From positions 286,728 through 350,727 of the forward strand of contig JBAZNV010000001.1 of assembly GCA_041649045.1 (NCBI GenBank): DNA of 64,000 nucleotides, in the 5' to 3' direction. Every line of letters begins with the position of its first letter. Position 1 is the first letter of the stretch. Below are positions 1-9,525 of the stretch, one piece after another. A program made the translations under genes and the position numbers. The notes beneath the pieces were generated by a model. The model ran no database searches and had not been told where the DNA came from. It saw only the letters and a program-made list of their open reading frames with translations. Source of the DNA: Candidatus Pacearchaeota archaeon. Its GTDB lineage: Archaea; Nanobdellota; Nanobdellia; Pacearchaeales; GW2011-AR1.

Positions 1-788
1 GCCATTCTGTTTGTACTATCGGAGGAATGATTGCGACAGATTCAGTAGGGAGCCGTGCGATCAGATATGGAAAAACCTCGCAGTGGGTAAAATGGATCGA
101 CGTTATTGATGGCGCAGGCAATATTGGCAGAAAGGGAATAACGGAACTCTCTGATTACATTGGGATGGAAGGTATTACGGGAATAATTATAAAAGCATGC
201 TTAAAACTTTCGGAAAAGAAAACGAGAAGTGCAACTTTGGTAAAAGCGCAAACCGTAAATGAATTTATTGAGATAGTAAAAAATATGAAAAGGGATTCAA
301 GAGTATCGATGATAGAATTTCTTGATAAAAAAATTTCCGAAGGTGTGGGAATCGGCAGGTTCTATCATTTAATTATCGAATACGAAAACACTCTTGGAGT
401 TTTGAAAAATAATGAATACCAAAACATACTTGATTTGCGAGATAAAATTTATCCATTTTTGGCAAATAACGGTTTTAAAAGAATAGAAGATCCCAAGATT
501 TCAATAGATCGTTTCGAAAAATTGCTGACATGGCTTGAAGAAAAAAAGATTCCGGTGTTTGGACATATATCTGTTGGAATTTTTCATCCATGTTTCAACA
601 AAGAACAGGAAAAATATATTCCAGAAATGATGGAAATCGTAAAAAAAATGGGCGGGCAAATATCAGGAGAACATGGGATAGGTCTTCTAAAAAAAGAATT
701 TGTAGAAATGAATGATAAAAAAATTTTTACAAATATAAAAAAAAGAACTGATCCTCAAAATAAATTTAACACGGGGAAAATAATATGA
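1..788 (+). CDS. FAD-linked oxidase (GlcD/D-lactate dehydrogenase family), 5'-truncated by the window edge
   Basis: Frame is open to the window start (CTIGGMIATDSVGSRAIRYG); C-terminal GGQISGEHGIG...DPQNKFNTGKI motif. Confidence 0.85.
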   Translation, partial: HSVCTIGGMIATDSVGSRAIRYGKTSQWVKWIDVIDGAGNIGRKGITELSDYIGMEGITGIIIKACLKLSEKKTRSATLVKAQTVNEFIEIVKNMKRDSRVSMIEFLDKKISEGVGIGRFYHLIIEYENTLGVLKNNEYQNILDLRDKIYPFLANNGFKRIEDPKISIDRFEKLLTWLEEKKIPVFGHISVGIFHPCFNKEQEKYIPEMMEIVKKMGGQISGEHGIGLLKKEFVEMNDKKIFTNIKKRTDPQNKFNTGKII

Positions 789-1651
789 AAGTAGTAACTC
801 ACGACGGCAAATTTCATGGTGACGAAATTTTCGCTTGCGCAGTTTTAAAACTAATTTATCCTGAAGTCGAAATAATCAGGACGCGTGATGAAAAATTTTT
901 TACAAAAGCAGATTTGCTTATTGATATCGGAACAAAGCTTGACAACGAAAAATTTTTTGATCATCATCAGTTAGATTTTAATAAAAAAAGAGAAAATGGA
1001 ATGCCCTTTGCGTCAGCGGGATTAATCTGGAAAAAATTTTATAGCAAGTTAACAACTAAAGATGTTTATGAATATTTGGATATAAAAATTTTTCAATTTA
1101 TTGACGCTGACGACAGCGGATTGAGAGTGTTTGAAGCCACCAAGTGTGAGCCTTATACAATCGGGAACGTAATAGAAGATTTAAATAATAACTCAGCGAA
1201 ATCGGACGAAAACTTTTTTTTCGTCTTGGACTTTATAACAAAATTACTAAAGAATGAAATTGTTCGAACAGAGGAACTTTTCAAAGCTAAGAAGATAATC
1301 GAAGAAAAATTAAAAAATAATAAAGAAGAATTTTTAGTTTTAGACAAGTATATACCATGGAAAGAATGGCTTGTCGGAAATGGAAAAATAAAATTTGTTA
1401 TATACAAGGGAAGCGATAGTTCTGACAGGTGGTGCTCTGTAGGAGTTCCCAAAAAAAAGATAGGCTACGAAAGAATTGCATATTTTCCTGAAAAGTGGGC
1501 GGGTTTATCTGACGACAAGCTGGTAAAAGCAACAGGTATTGAAGGAGCAAAATTCTGTCACAAACTTCGTTTTATCTGTGTTGCAAAAACCGAAGACGAT
1601 GCAATAAAACTTACTAAATTAGCGATAGAAAAAAATGGAAATAGAATTTAA
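785..1651 (+). CDS. MYG1/UPF0160 family metal-dependent exonuclease
   Basis: VTHDGKFHGDE, IDIG...FDHHQ, ASAGLIW, FPEKWAGL and FCHK motifs. Confidence 0.9.
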   Translation: MKVVTHDGKFHGDEIFACAVLKLIYPEVEIIRTRDEKFFTKADLLIDIGTKLDNEKFFDHHQLDFNKKRENGMPFASAGLIWKKFYSKLTTKDVYEYLDIKIFQFIDADDSGLRVFEATKCEPYTIGNVIEDLNNNSAKSDENFFFVLDFITKLLKNEIVRTEELFKAKKIIEEKLKNNKEEFLVLDKYIPWKEWLVGNGKIKFVIYKGSDSSDRWCSVGVPKKKIGYERIAYFPEKWAGLSDDKLVKATGIEGAKFCHKLRFICVAKTEDDAIKLTKLAIEKNGNRI

Positions 1652-2021
1652 TGGGTTATATTTTGAAGCGAGTAAAAAACCAAGAAGACATTATGCTTGT
1701 GATGAATATGCCGAGATGCAGAGACTTGGATGGGGTTTTAGAGATGGGAAAGTAGAAAGAAAAATTAAGTTGCAACCAAATTCACATTGCGGGAAATATG
1801 AAGTTAGAGAGTATTCCCTTCAACAAGTTGCTGCAACATTGAGTGGCCCTCTTGTTTTCGGGAATAAAGCCCAAACCGATGCTATTTGTGCGGCAAGAAT
1901 TTTTCAAATAATTTTTAAATCAGAAGGTTGGCAACATTCTTCAATTCCAGAGCTAAAGGAAAGAGTGAGAGATGAAATACAATTAGCGGAGGATACTAAT
2001 TCGCAATGGACCTTAAAATAG
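1635..2021 (+). CDS. Hypothetical protein (128 aa)
   Basis: ORF overlaps the end of the MYG1 gene; no recognisable motif. Confidence 0.55.
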   Translation: MEIEFNGLYFEASKKPRRHYACDEYAEMQRLGWGFRDGKVERKIKLQPNSHCGKYEVREYSLQQVAATLSGPLVFGNKAQTDAICAARIFQIIFKSEGWQHSSIPELKERVRDEIQLAEDTNSQWTLK

Positions 2022-2026
2022 TAAAA

Positions 2027-2097
2027 TTTAAATATAAGGGGGTGCTACTTTAAACATAACCTCCCCGGTATGACGCAAGGAATGCCGGGAGTCTTTT
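2027..2097 (+). promoter_or_regulatory. TATA box followed by a GC-rich GNRA-capped hairpin and U-tract upstream of the NYN gene
   Basis: TTTAAATATA at 2027-2036; CTCCCCGGTAT...cGCAAg...ATGCCGGGAG at 2061-2091, then TCTTTTTT. Confidence 0.55.
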
Positions 2098-2099
2098 TT

Positions 2100-2663
2100 A
2101 TGAACAACTCAAAAAAGAAAGCAATAGTTTTTATTGATGGTAACAACTGGTATCATAATGTAAAAACAGTGGTCGAAAAACCCAGATCTGTAGATTTCAA
2201 TAAACTTTCGGAAATGATAGCAAAACATTTTGATTTAAACATTGTCGAAATAAGATATTATAATTCAATCCCAGACATAGAGTTAGGGGAAGAAGTATAT
2301 TACAAACACATGATTTTTTTGGCCAATCTAAAAAGACGGGGAATTATTGTTAATACAGCAAAATTAAAAAAAGTAAAATTGAATAAAGAAATGATTAGAG
2401 TAGAAAAGGGGATAGATGTTTTGATTACTGTCGACATGATTAGAAAAACGCTTCTTGAAGGCGAGTGTGATTGCTGCGTTTTAATTTCCGGAGATTCGGA
2501 TTTTGTTCCGGTTATGAGGCTAATCAAAGTCGCGGGGAGGGAAATCTTGACGACTTCCGTTTTAAAGGGTTATGCAAGAGAACTTCTTCAGGGTGAATTT
2601 CGTTTCTGGATCTTAAAAAAGCAAGATATAAAAAAGTGTGTAAACGGGTATAAAAATGAATGA
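2100..2663 (+). CDS. NYN domain (LabA/DUF88, PIN-like) ribonuclease
   Basis: VFIDGNN, EKGIDV and LISGDSDFVP motifs; ATG at 2100 preferred over 2070, which lies inside the hairpin. Confidence 0.9.
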   Translation: MNNSKKKAIVFIDGNNWYHNVKTVVEKPRSVDFNKLSEMIAKHFDLNIVEIRYYNSIPDIELGEEVYYKHMIFLANLKRRGIIVNTAKLKKVKLNKEMIRVEKGIDVLITVDMIRKTLLEGECDCCVLISGDSDFVPVMRLIKVAGREILTTSVLKGYARELLQGEFRFWILKKQDIKKCVNGYKNE

Positions 2664-3294
2664 ACAATTTTATGAGAAGTTGAAAGAGAGAATTTTGCCG
2701 TATTATGAACAAAGTGTTTCCCACGGGTTCGATCATTCAGAAAGGGTCCTTAGAAATGCGATTAAAATTAGCGAAGGCGAGAATGTAGACATTGATATCG
2801 TAAAAACTTCAGCTATACTTCATGATATTGCCAGACACAAGGAAAAAGAGGGAACTAATGTTTGCCACGCCGAAGAAGGCGCGAAAATAGCAGAAGAAGT
2901 TTTGAGAGAATTAAATTTCCCTAATAATAAAATTCCTCAAGTTGTTCACGCAATAAAAGTTCATAGATACAGTAAGGGTTTGAAAGCAGAAACTCGGGAA
3001 GCAGAAATTTTGCAGGACGCCGACAGGCTTGACGCATTGGGCTCAATTATTCTGGTCAGAATGATTTCCGCCGCTTCTAAAAAAGGAATTCCTATTTACG
3101 ATCCAAAAATTCCTATCAAAAAAGAATATGATGGAAGTAAATCAACGGTAATAAATCATATATATGAAAAAATTTTAAAGATGAAACCGGAAACTTTCAG
3201 AACGAAAAAGGCTCAGGAGATGGCGATGAAAAAATATAAACTAATAGACGACTTTGTAGATAGTTATATTAAAGAAGTCACAGGAGAATTATAA
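2656..3294 (+). CDS. HD-domain phosphohydrolase
   Basis: HGFDHSERV, ILHDI, HAEEGA and LQDADRLDALG motifs. Confidence 0.9.
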   Translation: MNEQFYEKLKERILPYYEQSVSHGFDHSERVLRNAIKISEGENVDIDIVKTSAILHDIARHKEKEGTNVCHAEEGAKIAEEVLRELNFPNNKIPQVVHAIKVHRYSKGLKAETREAEILQDADRLDALGSIILVRMISAASKKGIPIYDPKIPIKKEYDGSKSTVINHIYEKILKMKPETFRTKKAQEMAMKKYKLIDDFVDSYIKEVTGEL

Positions 3295-3686
3295 TGACAA
3301 AACAATTAGATATAGAAACAAATAATTTAATAGAAGAAGTTAGGGAGGTCCTTTCTCCGTGTATAAAATGCGGCATGTGTAAATCATTATGCCCGGTATT
3401 CAAATCATTGCGTGAAGAAAGTGTTTCGCCGAGAGGAAAAGCAATTCTTTTGTCGGAAAAAACTTTGGATAAAATAGTGTTCCAGTGCAATTTATGCAAA
3501 GCCTGTGAAGAAAAATGCCCGTTAAATTTGAAAATTTGTGAAGCCATTAGGAAAGCGAGAGAGGCAATGGTTTTGAGTAAAAAAGAGTTAAAAGAAAATA
3601 AAGAAATGATCGAGAACATTAGGAATACAGGAAACCCATTTGGAAAAAATACAATCAAAGAAGACGGAAAGTTATATTGTTGTTAA
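3294..3686 (+). CDS. 4Fe-4S dicluster protein (similar to the GlcF N-terminus)
   Basis: CIKCGMCKSLCP, SPRGK and CNLCKACEEKCP motifs. Confidence 0.85.
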   Translation: MTKQLDIETNNLIEEVREVLSPCIKCGMCKSLCPVFKSLREESVSPRGKAILLSEKTLDKIVFQCNLCKACEEKCPLNLKICEAIRKAREAMVLSKKELKENKEMIENIRNTGNPFGKNTIKEDGKLYCC

Positions 3687-5368
3687 AAATGAGTAAACCA
3701 AAACTCCAATCTATCCTTGTCTTTTTTGTGCAATCTTACAAATCCAAACCTCTCAAACTGAATCACATCTCCCACTTTGAGTTTTTTTGTTTCAGGTTCA
3801 CTTAATCCTTTTGTCCAACTTCCGTCTGGCATGAAAATTTCAGTTTGTATATTTTCTTGATTTGAAGGAAGCCACTGTAAAAACTTAGTTTTCATATCGT
3901 TTATAGGTTCTTCTGAAATAAATGAATTTTCTCTTCTTTTCAGGGTTAAAATCCATTCTGATTTAAAAGTCAATAAATGCATCAGACGATAATTTCCATC
4001 CTGCATCATTTCAAGATCATTATTTGAAATTAAAAATTTTTGCGACGTCTTATATCTCCTAAATCCTTTTTCTTTGCTTGGGTGAAGTGGAATATTTGCT
4101 GTTAGTTCTGGGCATCCGCTTATTTTTATTTCTTGGGGATTTTCAACAAAAAAATATCTTGGAACATCTTCGAGAAATTTTCTATTCAAAGCGTATAAAA
4201 CTTCAATCGGGATTTTTACGTTTGATTTATTTATCCCTGCATTTACGATAAATTGCCTTATGGCTTCGGGCCTTATCCCTCTGTCTCTTAACGATTGAAT
4301 GCTCCATGTTCTTGGGTCATTCCATCCGATATATTCCCCTGAATGAACCTCCTTCGAGCTCTTGGATTTTGAAAGTTTCGTTCCTTCTATTCCAAGGTGT
4401 CCGTTGTAAATACTTTCAGGATTTTTCCATCCAAAAATATTTCTTATAAAATCCTGAATTCTCGTTGACATTTGATGTTCAATTCCTCTTAAAACATGTG
4501 TGGTCCCAAAAATAAAATCGTCAATCGCCCATGAAAATTCCATTGATGGATAAATTCTATATTTGTTTTTTGTTCGCGGATGAACCCTGTCCGAAATTTT
4601 CAACATAACTCTGTCTCTAAATGCAGGATCTGGGTCTTGCATTGAAGTTTTAATTCGAACGCTCATTGAACCTGCAGGGGCCTTGAACATTTTTTCCCAT
4701 CTTTCAATTTGTTCTTGCGGCGAAAATTGACGACAAGAACACTCGACGCCTTTTGCTCGCAATTCCTGCATTTCTTTTTGATTGCAATCACATACATACA
4801 TGTACCCCTTTTTTATAAGTTCTTTCGCATAATCATAATATTTTTCTATCCTATCAGATTTGTAAATAATTTTATCATAATTCACATTCAAAAATTTTAT
4901 TCCCTCTTCAATCAGTTTATAGGCTTCGGGCTCGATCGGTTTTTCAACGGATCCGATTGTATCATCCATCACGAGCAACAATTTCCCATCATACATTTTT
5001 ACATACTCGTCATTTAAAATCAAAGTTCTGGCATTGCCGATATGCAACGGTCCCGATGGAAATGGCGCCATTCTCATCACAACTTTTCCTTTTTCGGCAT
5101 TCGGGAGCTCGGGCAAACCTTCGCGAACCTCACGTTTGCTTATTTTATGAGTTGACTTTTCAAGTTGTTTTTTTTGTTCATCAATAGAAAGAGAATTTAT
5201 TTCCTTGATAATTTCATTTATTTTTGGCATATAATTTTTAATTTCTGACTTTTCAAGTCCTTCGGCAAAAAGTCCCGAAAGAACAGAAGAAGGATTGGCT
5301 TTGCCCTTATATCTCAAGGCATTCTCAAGAGCATAAACTTTTATTACTTCATTGGATATATCTACCAT
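3683..5368 (-). CDS. gltX: Glutamyl-tRNA synthetase (archaeal type)
   Basis: RMAPFPSGPLHIGN, KLSKS, GWNDPR and QFERFGFVR motifs. Confidence 0.95.
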   Translation of the reverse strand: MVDISNEVIKVYALENALRYKGKANPSSVLSGLFAEGLEKSEIKNYMPKINEIIKEINSLSIDEQKKQLEKSTHKISKREVREGLPELPNAEKGKVVMRMAPFPSGPLHIGNARTLILNDEYVKMYDGKLLLVMDDTIGSVEKPIEPEAYKLIEEGIKFLNVNYDKIIYKSDRIEKYYDYAKELIKKGYMYVCDCNQKEMQELRAKGVECSCRQFSPQEQIERWEKMFKAPAGSMSVRIKTSMQDPDPAFRDRVMLKISDRVHPRTKNKYRIYPSMEFSWAIDDFIFGTTHVLRGIEHQMSTRIQDFIRNIFGWKNPESIYNGHLGIEGTKLSKSKSSKEVHSGEYIGWNDPRTWSIQSLRDRGIRPEAIRQFIVNAGINKSNVKIPIEVLYALNRKFLEDVPRYFFVENPQEIKISGCPELTANIPLHPSKEKGFRRYKTSQKFLISNNDLEMMQDGNYRLMHLLTFKSEWILTLKRRENSFISEEPINDMKTKFLQWLPSNQENIQTEIFMPDGSWTKGLSEPETKKLKVGDVIQFERFGFVRLHKKDKDRLEFWFTHF

Positions 5369-5458
5369 AAAAAATTAAAGAAGCCAGAGATTTTAAAGTT
5401 TACTTAACAACTCAGGACACATCGTCAATATTATCTAAAAGTCTACTCGTCCTTGTAT

Positions 5459-5827
5459 TTACCACCCAATCAGATTATTTTCAGGATAACTGGGTTGGTT
5501 GACTCCAGTCTTTTTTTCAAGAAGTTCTATTCTTTGTTCTAACTTATAAATTTTATTGTCAAGTTCTGTAATTTTTTCGTCAACTTCTCTTTTATTATAT
5601 CCTTCCAATTCAGTTGAAAATTGTTTCTTTTCTCCGAGAGTTTTTGCTCCGTAAAAAAAATCTGTTTTGCTTTGTCCTGTTTTTTTCGAGGCAATCGCGT
5701 TACTTCTTACATCAACAAATCCGTCGTCATTTGTCGGCACAACACTGTCATTTTTAGAGATTCTTACGATTCCTCTTTTCTGCAAATCCCTGACATCTAC
5801 CATCCCTTTTTTCTTTTTGAATAACAT
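5459..5827 (-). CDS. Hypothetical protein with a C-terminal coiled coil
   Basis: 122 aa ORF divergent from 5908; heptad pattern ITELDNKIYKLEQRIELLEKK. Confidence 0.6.
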   Translation of the reverse strand: MLFKKKKGMVDVRDLQKRGIVRISKNDSVVPTNDDGFVDVRSNAIASKKTGQSKTDFFYGAKTLGEKKQFSTELEGYNKREVDEKITELDNKIYKLEQRIELLEKKTGVNQPSYPENNLIGW

Positions 5828-5907
5828 ATAAAAATAAAGAAGAAGCTTTATTTAAAGCTTAGGGGACCCTTACAAAAATTTATATATTCATTCTTACAAT
5901 TAGAAAG

Positions 5908-7470
5908 ATGGCAGATTTCAAGAGCGTGATTTCAAAAATAATGACTGATTCAAAATCTCCTGAGCAGTTGGATAAAATGGCAATGTGGGATATTGAGAAG
6001 AAAAAGTTCAAGCCCGCGACTTCTTATAAAATGACTTTTGATTCTCAGCAGGCGCAACTTGAACCAATTTATTTTTGGTTGCTTGATTTCATGCAGGATA
6101 CGGGATGGGAATCAAAAAAAATTACTGATAATTTCATGTCAAGTCCAGGTTCGGGACACTTTGCGGAAATGGGGCAAAGAGCAACACGAATGCAAGAAGA
6201 GGGAATGAAAATTTTAGGCGGATTAAATCAAGTTATAAAGTCTTCTTTGAATTTAATATACGACCTGAAAGAATTTGAATTGAGACTTGCGCATTACGAC
6301 GATGCTAACTCGAAAGACAAAGAAAAATTTGAAACCGGAATGCTCGCATTAAAACAAATCTGGCTGGACAATGTTGATTTGAAAAGAGGGCGGGGCTCGA
6401 TTCATCAGATGGCCGCAGAGCTCGGGTATACTACGATAAGAGAAGCTTTTATGATGGCGAATTCATTAGAAGATTTAAAAAAAATGAATAGCGATAAAGA
6501 TGGCGGACTTATAAACGACCAAGTCATGAGAATTTTGATTCCGCGCCTTGATGAATTTTTGAAGTGGAAAGTGTATTCTGAGAAAGAACTTAGAAAAAGA
6601 ATGAATATCGAGAAAAACTATTTAAGAAGCCAAATTGAGACGATAAAACTTTATTCAGCATGGATGAAGCCATATCTGAAAGCTGCAGAAGAGTTGACAC
6701 AAAAAGGTTTTGAAGGCAACGCGGCTCTTGTGAATGCATTTAGTACTTCAATGTTTGAACTCACTTTATATGGGAAAAAGGAAGAAAAAGTTCCGAAAAA
6801 TTTTTCTAATTATAATATGAAAAGAAAATATTATTCTTTTATTATAATAAGTTTGGTATATAGGGGACACGTTTCTCAGCGAGTCACGCAAAAAGGTGAC
6901 TACGCGTTTAGCATGGGTGGAAGAGTGGATATGACTTTTGATTCGTATTCTTTAAATGAAGAAGAACTGAAATTAATAGAAAAAGAGTATACTAAGGAAG
7001 AAGTTTCTGATAACATGAATTTTTCAATGAAGTTGGCCGAAGAATCATTAAAAGAATTAAAGGAAGATTTGGATCATTTTTTAAAAAGCGACGAAGAGAA
7101 AAAGAAAGAAGAAGAGAGAGTGTCTGAGAAGAAGAGAGAAGAAGAGAAAAAAAACAACGTCAATCCATTTTCGGCCCTGTTTGGAATTTTTAAAATAAAA
7201 AAAGAAGAGAAAAAAGATAAAGATGGGAAAAAAATTATCGAGTCGCCAAAGGATATTCAACCAGATAATTATATTGAAAATACGGTCAGAGCTAACGCAA
7301 TAAATTCAGGTGCTGCGGGGCTGTATTCTATTTATGATATATACAAAAAAGCTCACGGATTGGCCTCTGCCCCAAGTGTGGGATTTAAAAATCTTGATAG
7401 TGCGCCAAAACAATCGGAAGTTAAGCTTAAAGATGTTTTCAAAGGTGATTTCGGAAAAATAAAAGAATAA
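5908..7470 (+). CDS. Hypothetical protein (520 aa)
   Basis: Long ORF with host-like composition; TTTATATT about 25 nt upstream. Confidence 0.7.
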   Translation: MADFKSVISKIMTDSKSPEQLDKMAMWDIEKKKFKPATSYKMTFDSQQAQLEPIYFWLLDFMQDTGWESKKITDNFMSSPGSGHFAEMGQRATRMQEEGMKILGGLNQVIKSSLNLIYDLKEFELRLAHYDDANSKDKEKFETGMLALKQIWLDNVDLKRGRGSIHQMAAELGYTTIREAFMMANSLEDLKKMNSDKDGGLINDQVMRILIPRLDEFLKWKVYSEKELRKRMNIEKNYLRSQIETIKLYSAWMKPYLKAAEELTQKGFEGNAALVNAFSTSMFELTLYGKKEEKVPKNFSNYNMKRKYYSFIIISLVYRGHVSQRVTQKGDYAFSMGGRVDMTFDSYSLNEEELKLIEKEYTKEEVSDNMNFSMKLAEESLKELKEDLDHFLKSDEEKKKEEERVSEKKREEEKKNNVNPFSALFGIFKIKKEEKKDKDGKKIIESPKDIQPDNYIENTVRANAINSGAAGLYSIYDIYKKAHGLASAPSVGFKNLDSAPKQSEVKLKDVFKGDFGKIKE

Positions 7471-7480
7471 TACTAATTTC

Positions 7481-8804
7481 TTAAAAAAATTCCATTATTT
7501 TTCTTATTATATCTCCGGTAAAAAAAGTTTTTAAAAATCCCGGACTAACAGAAGTCGCCCCAACTCCTTCAGAATATTCATAGGCTCCGATATCCCAACC
7601 ATCTCCCTGAGGTCGAGGTTTTCCTTCTATATCTACACTAAGATTGACTCCAAACTCATTATAATATCTGTCCATTATTTCCTGAACAGTCCCTGTCTAC
7701 TATCGAGTAAGTCCCGGCACAATCCGATGACAACTGGGCATCGACAAAAATAACATCGTCGCTGACTTCGGCGCATTCTCCGTCGCTGCAATAATATCCG
7801 CTCCCGCAACTCCCGCAACTCCCTCCGCATCCGTCGCTGCCGCAAATTTTTCCGGAACAGTTTGGCTCGCAAATTTCTGTCACGACACACTCTCCGTTCT
7901 CGCAGCTCCCATCGGTGCAACTCTCTCCGTCGCTGACATTAACATCCGTCGGGCAATCAATATTCCCATCAGTGCAAACTTCCGCTGCGTCGCATTCTCC
8001 TGAAGATGCCCTGCAAACTTCGCCGGCACTGTAATTCACCGAACAATTTCCCGACGTGGAATTGCAAAAGCCGGCACCGCAATCTCCTGTCAGATAACTG
8101 CAATCCGAATCATTCAAGCATGAAGGCAAAACAACACAAGCATTTCCCGAGCACGTTTCTCCGTCGCCGCAGCTCCCGCAGTTTAAAATATTCGAACATC
8201 CGTCGGATAGTCCGCTCCCGCACTGATTCAAACCATAATAATATTCACAGTTTCTCGTCGCTGAACACGAACCCCCTCCGGAGCCGCCTCCGCCTGATCC
8301 TCCCGAACTTCCGCCAGAACTTCCCCCACCGCTCTTCGGAGGAACGTAATCTTTCTCGTTTTCTCCCAGATCAACCTTCTTTACATTCTCGATTTTCAAC
8401 TCGCTGATAACATTCCCTCTCTTTCCGTTCCTGAAAACCGGCACAAGTTTTATGACTTCAAGCTCGCCCGAATTTTCGCTCAGATTAAGATAGTAAACTT
8501 TTTGCTCGTTCGTCTCCGGAGTGTCATTCACAAAATTTGTCACGCTCTCCTCGCTGAAAACAAAAATCAAGTCAAACCCGACGACATCAGCCTCGTCTTC
8601 CCCTCGTTTCACCTGCACCTCCGCGAGCTTGTGCTCCGCATCCCAAACCGTGTACCCGTCGACAATGCTCAAATCCACGATCTGATTTATCTGCGAATCC
8701 ATTATCATCGGCAAAACAAAAATCCACAAAACCGAAACCACGACGATAGTTATCAAAATAATCAGAACTGCCGCGACGACACTCGACACCCCATCTTTTC
8801 GCAT
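7481..8804 (-). pseudogene. Surface protein with class III (pilin/archaellin-type) signal peptide, Gly/Ser linker and Cys-rich repeats; broken near 7675, with a C-terminal DIGAYE (choice-of-anchor Q-like) piece in another frame
   Basis: MRKDG|VSSVVAAVLIILITIV N-terminus; CEPNCSGKICGSDGCGGSCGSC; ORF 7659-8804 ends just after VIFVDAQ...DRDCSGNNG; ORF 7481-7675 encodes DIEGKPRPQGDGWDIGAYEY. Confidence 0.65.
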
Positions 8805-8917
8805 TCCAAATCATAATCCAAAGAGATTAAATAGTTTTCTAATTAGATTTAGCTAATAAATACATTGAATTTTGATTATTCCAAAAAACTAATAAACCTT
8901 TTTATCATTATTTATTA

Positions 8918-9490
8918 ATGAAAATAAAAGAAATATCCTCGGGCAAAAAAAAAGTTAAGGAAATCAAAAAAGAAGAAAAAACAGAGCTTGAGCAGGAAGT
9001 TCAAAAAGAAGAAGTCCCAAAAAATTTTGCAGATTCAGAAAACGAAAATCCCGAAAATGATGAACAGCTAAACGGAAAAGAGATAGATGAAGAAAAAGAA
9101 TTTGCACTCAGAGATTTTATTTTAAAACCCGAGGACCCACCTATCACAAATCTTGAAGAAACCCTGTCTGAAATGCCAATTGAAAATAAAGAAGAAAGCA
9201 GAGGAAATTTGAGTTCTTCTGGAAATTTTTATTCGACGAATAAAGACTTTTATTCAAGTTTAAATGGGAGTAATTTGTATGGAGGAGCTTCTTCAAATAA
9301 TTTGTATGAGACAGGGAATGAGCAAGACGAAAATGAAAGTTTTTATAATATGTTAAAATCCGAAGAAAAAGTAGGGGAAATCAGGGGAGAAAGACGTTCG
9401 CAGCTTGAAATAGAAGGAATAAAGGGAAAGTTGGAAAATAATGACAACAGAAGGAAGGGTGAAGAAAAATATAAGACTAAAACTTATTAG
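8918..9490 (+). CDS. Acidic low-complexity hypothetical protein
   Basis: 190 aa E/K/N-rich ORF. Confidence 0.6.
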   Translation: MKIKEISSGKKKVKEIKKEEKTELEQEVQKEEVPKNFADSENENPENDEQLNGKEIDEEKEFALRDFILKPEDPPITNLEETLSEMPIENKEESRGNLSSSGNFYSTNKDFYSSLNGSNLYGGASSNNLYETGNEQDENESFYNMLKSEEKVGEIRGERRSQLEIEGIKGKLENNDNRRKGEEKYKTKTY

Positions 9491-9525
9491 GTAATTTTAT
9501 ATATTCCCATCATTTAATTTAATAG

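Noticed and set aside
7780..8340. Short GC-rich tandem repeats as a possible CRISPR array
   Set aside because: They encode Gly/Ser and CGSC peptide repeats; there is no repeat-spacer periodicity and no cas genes.
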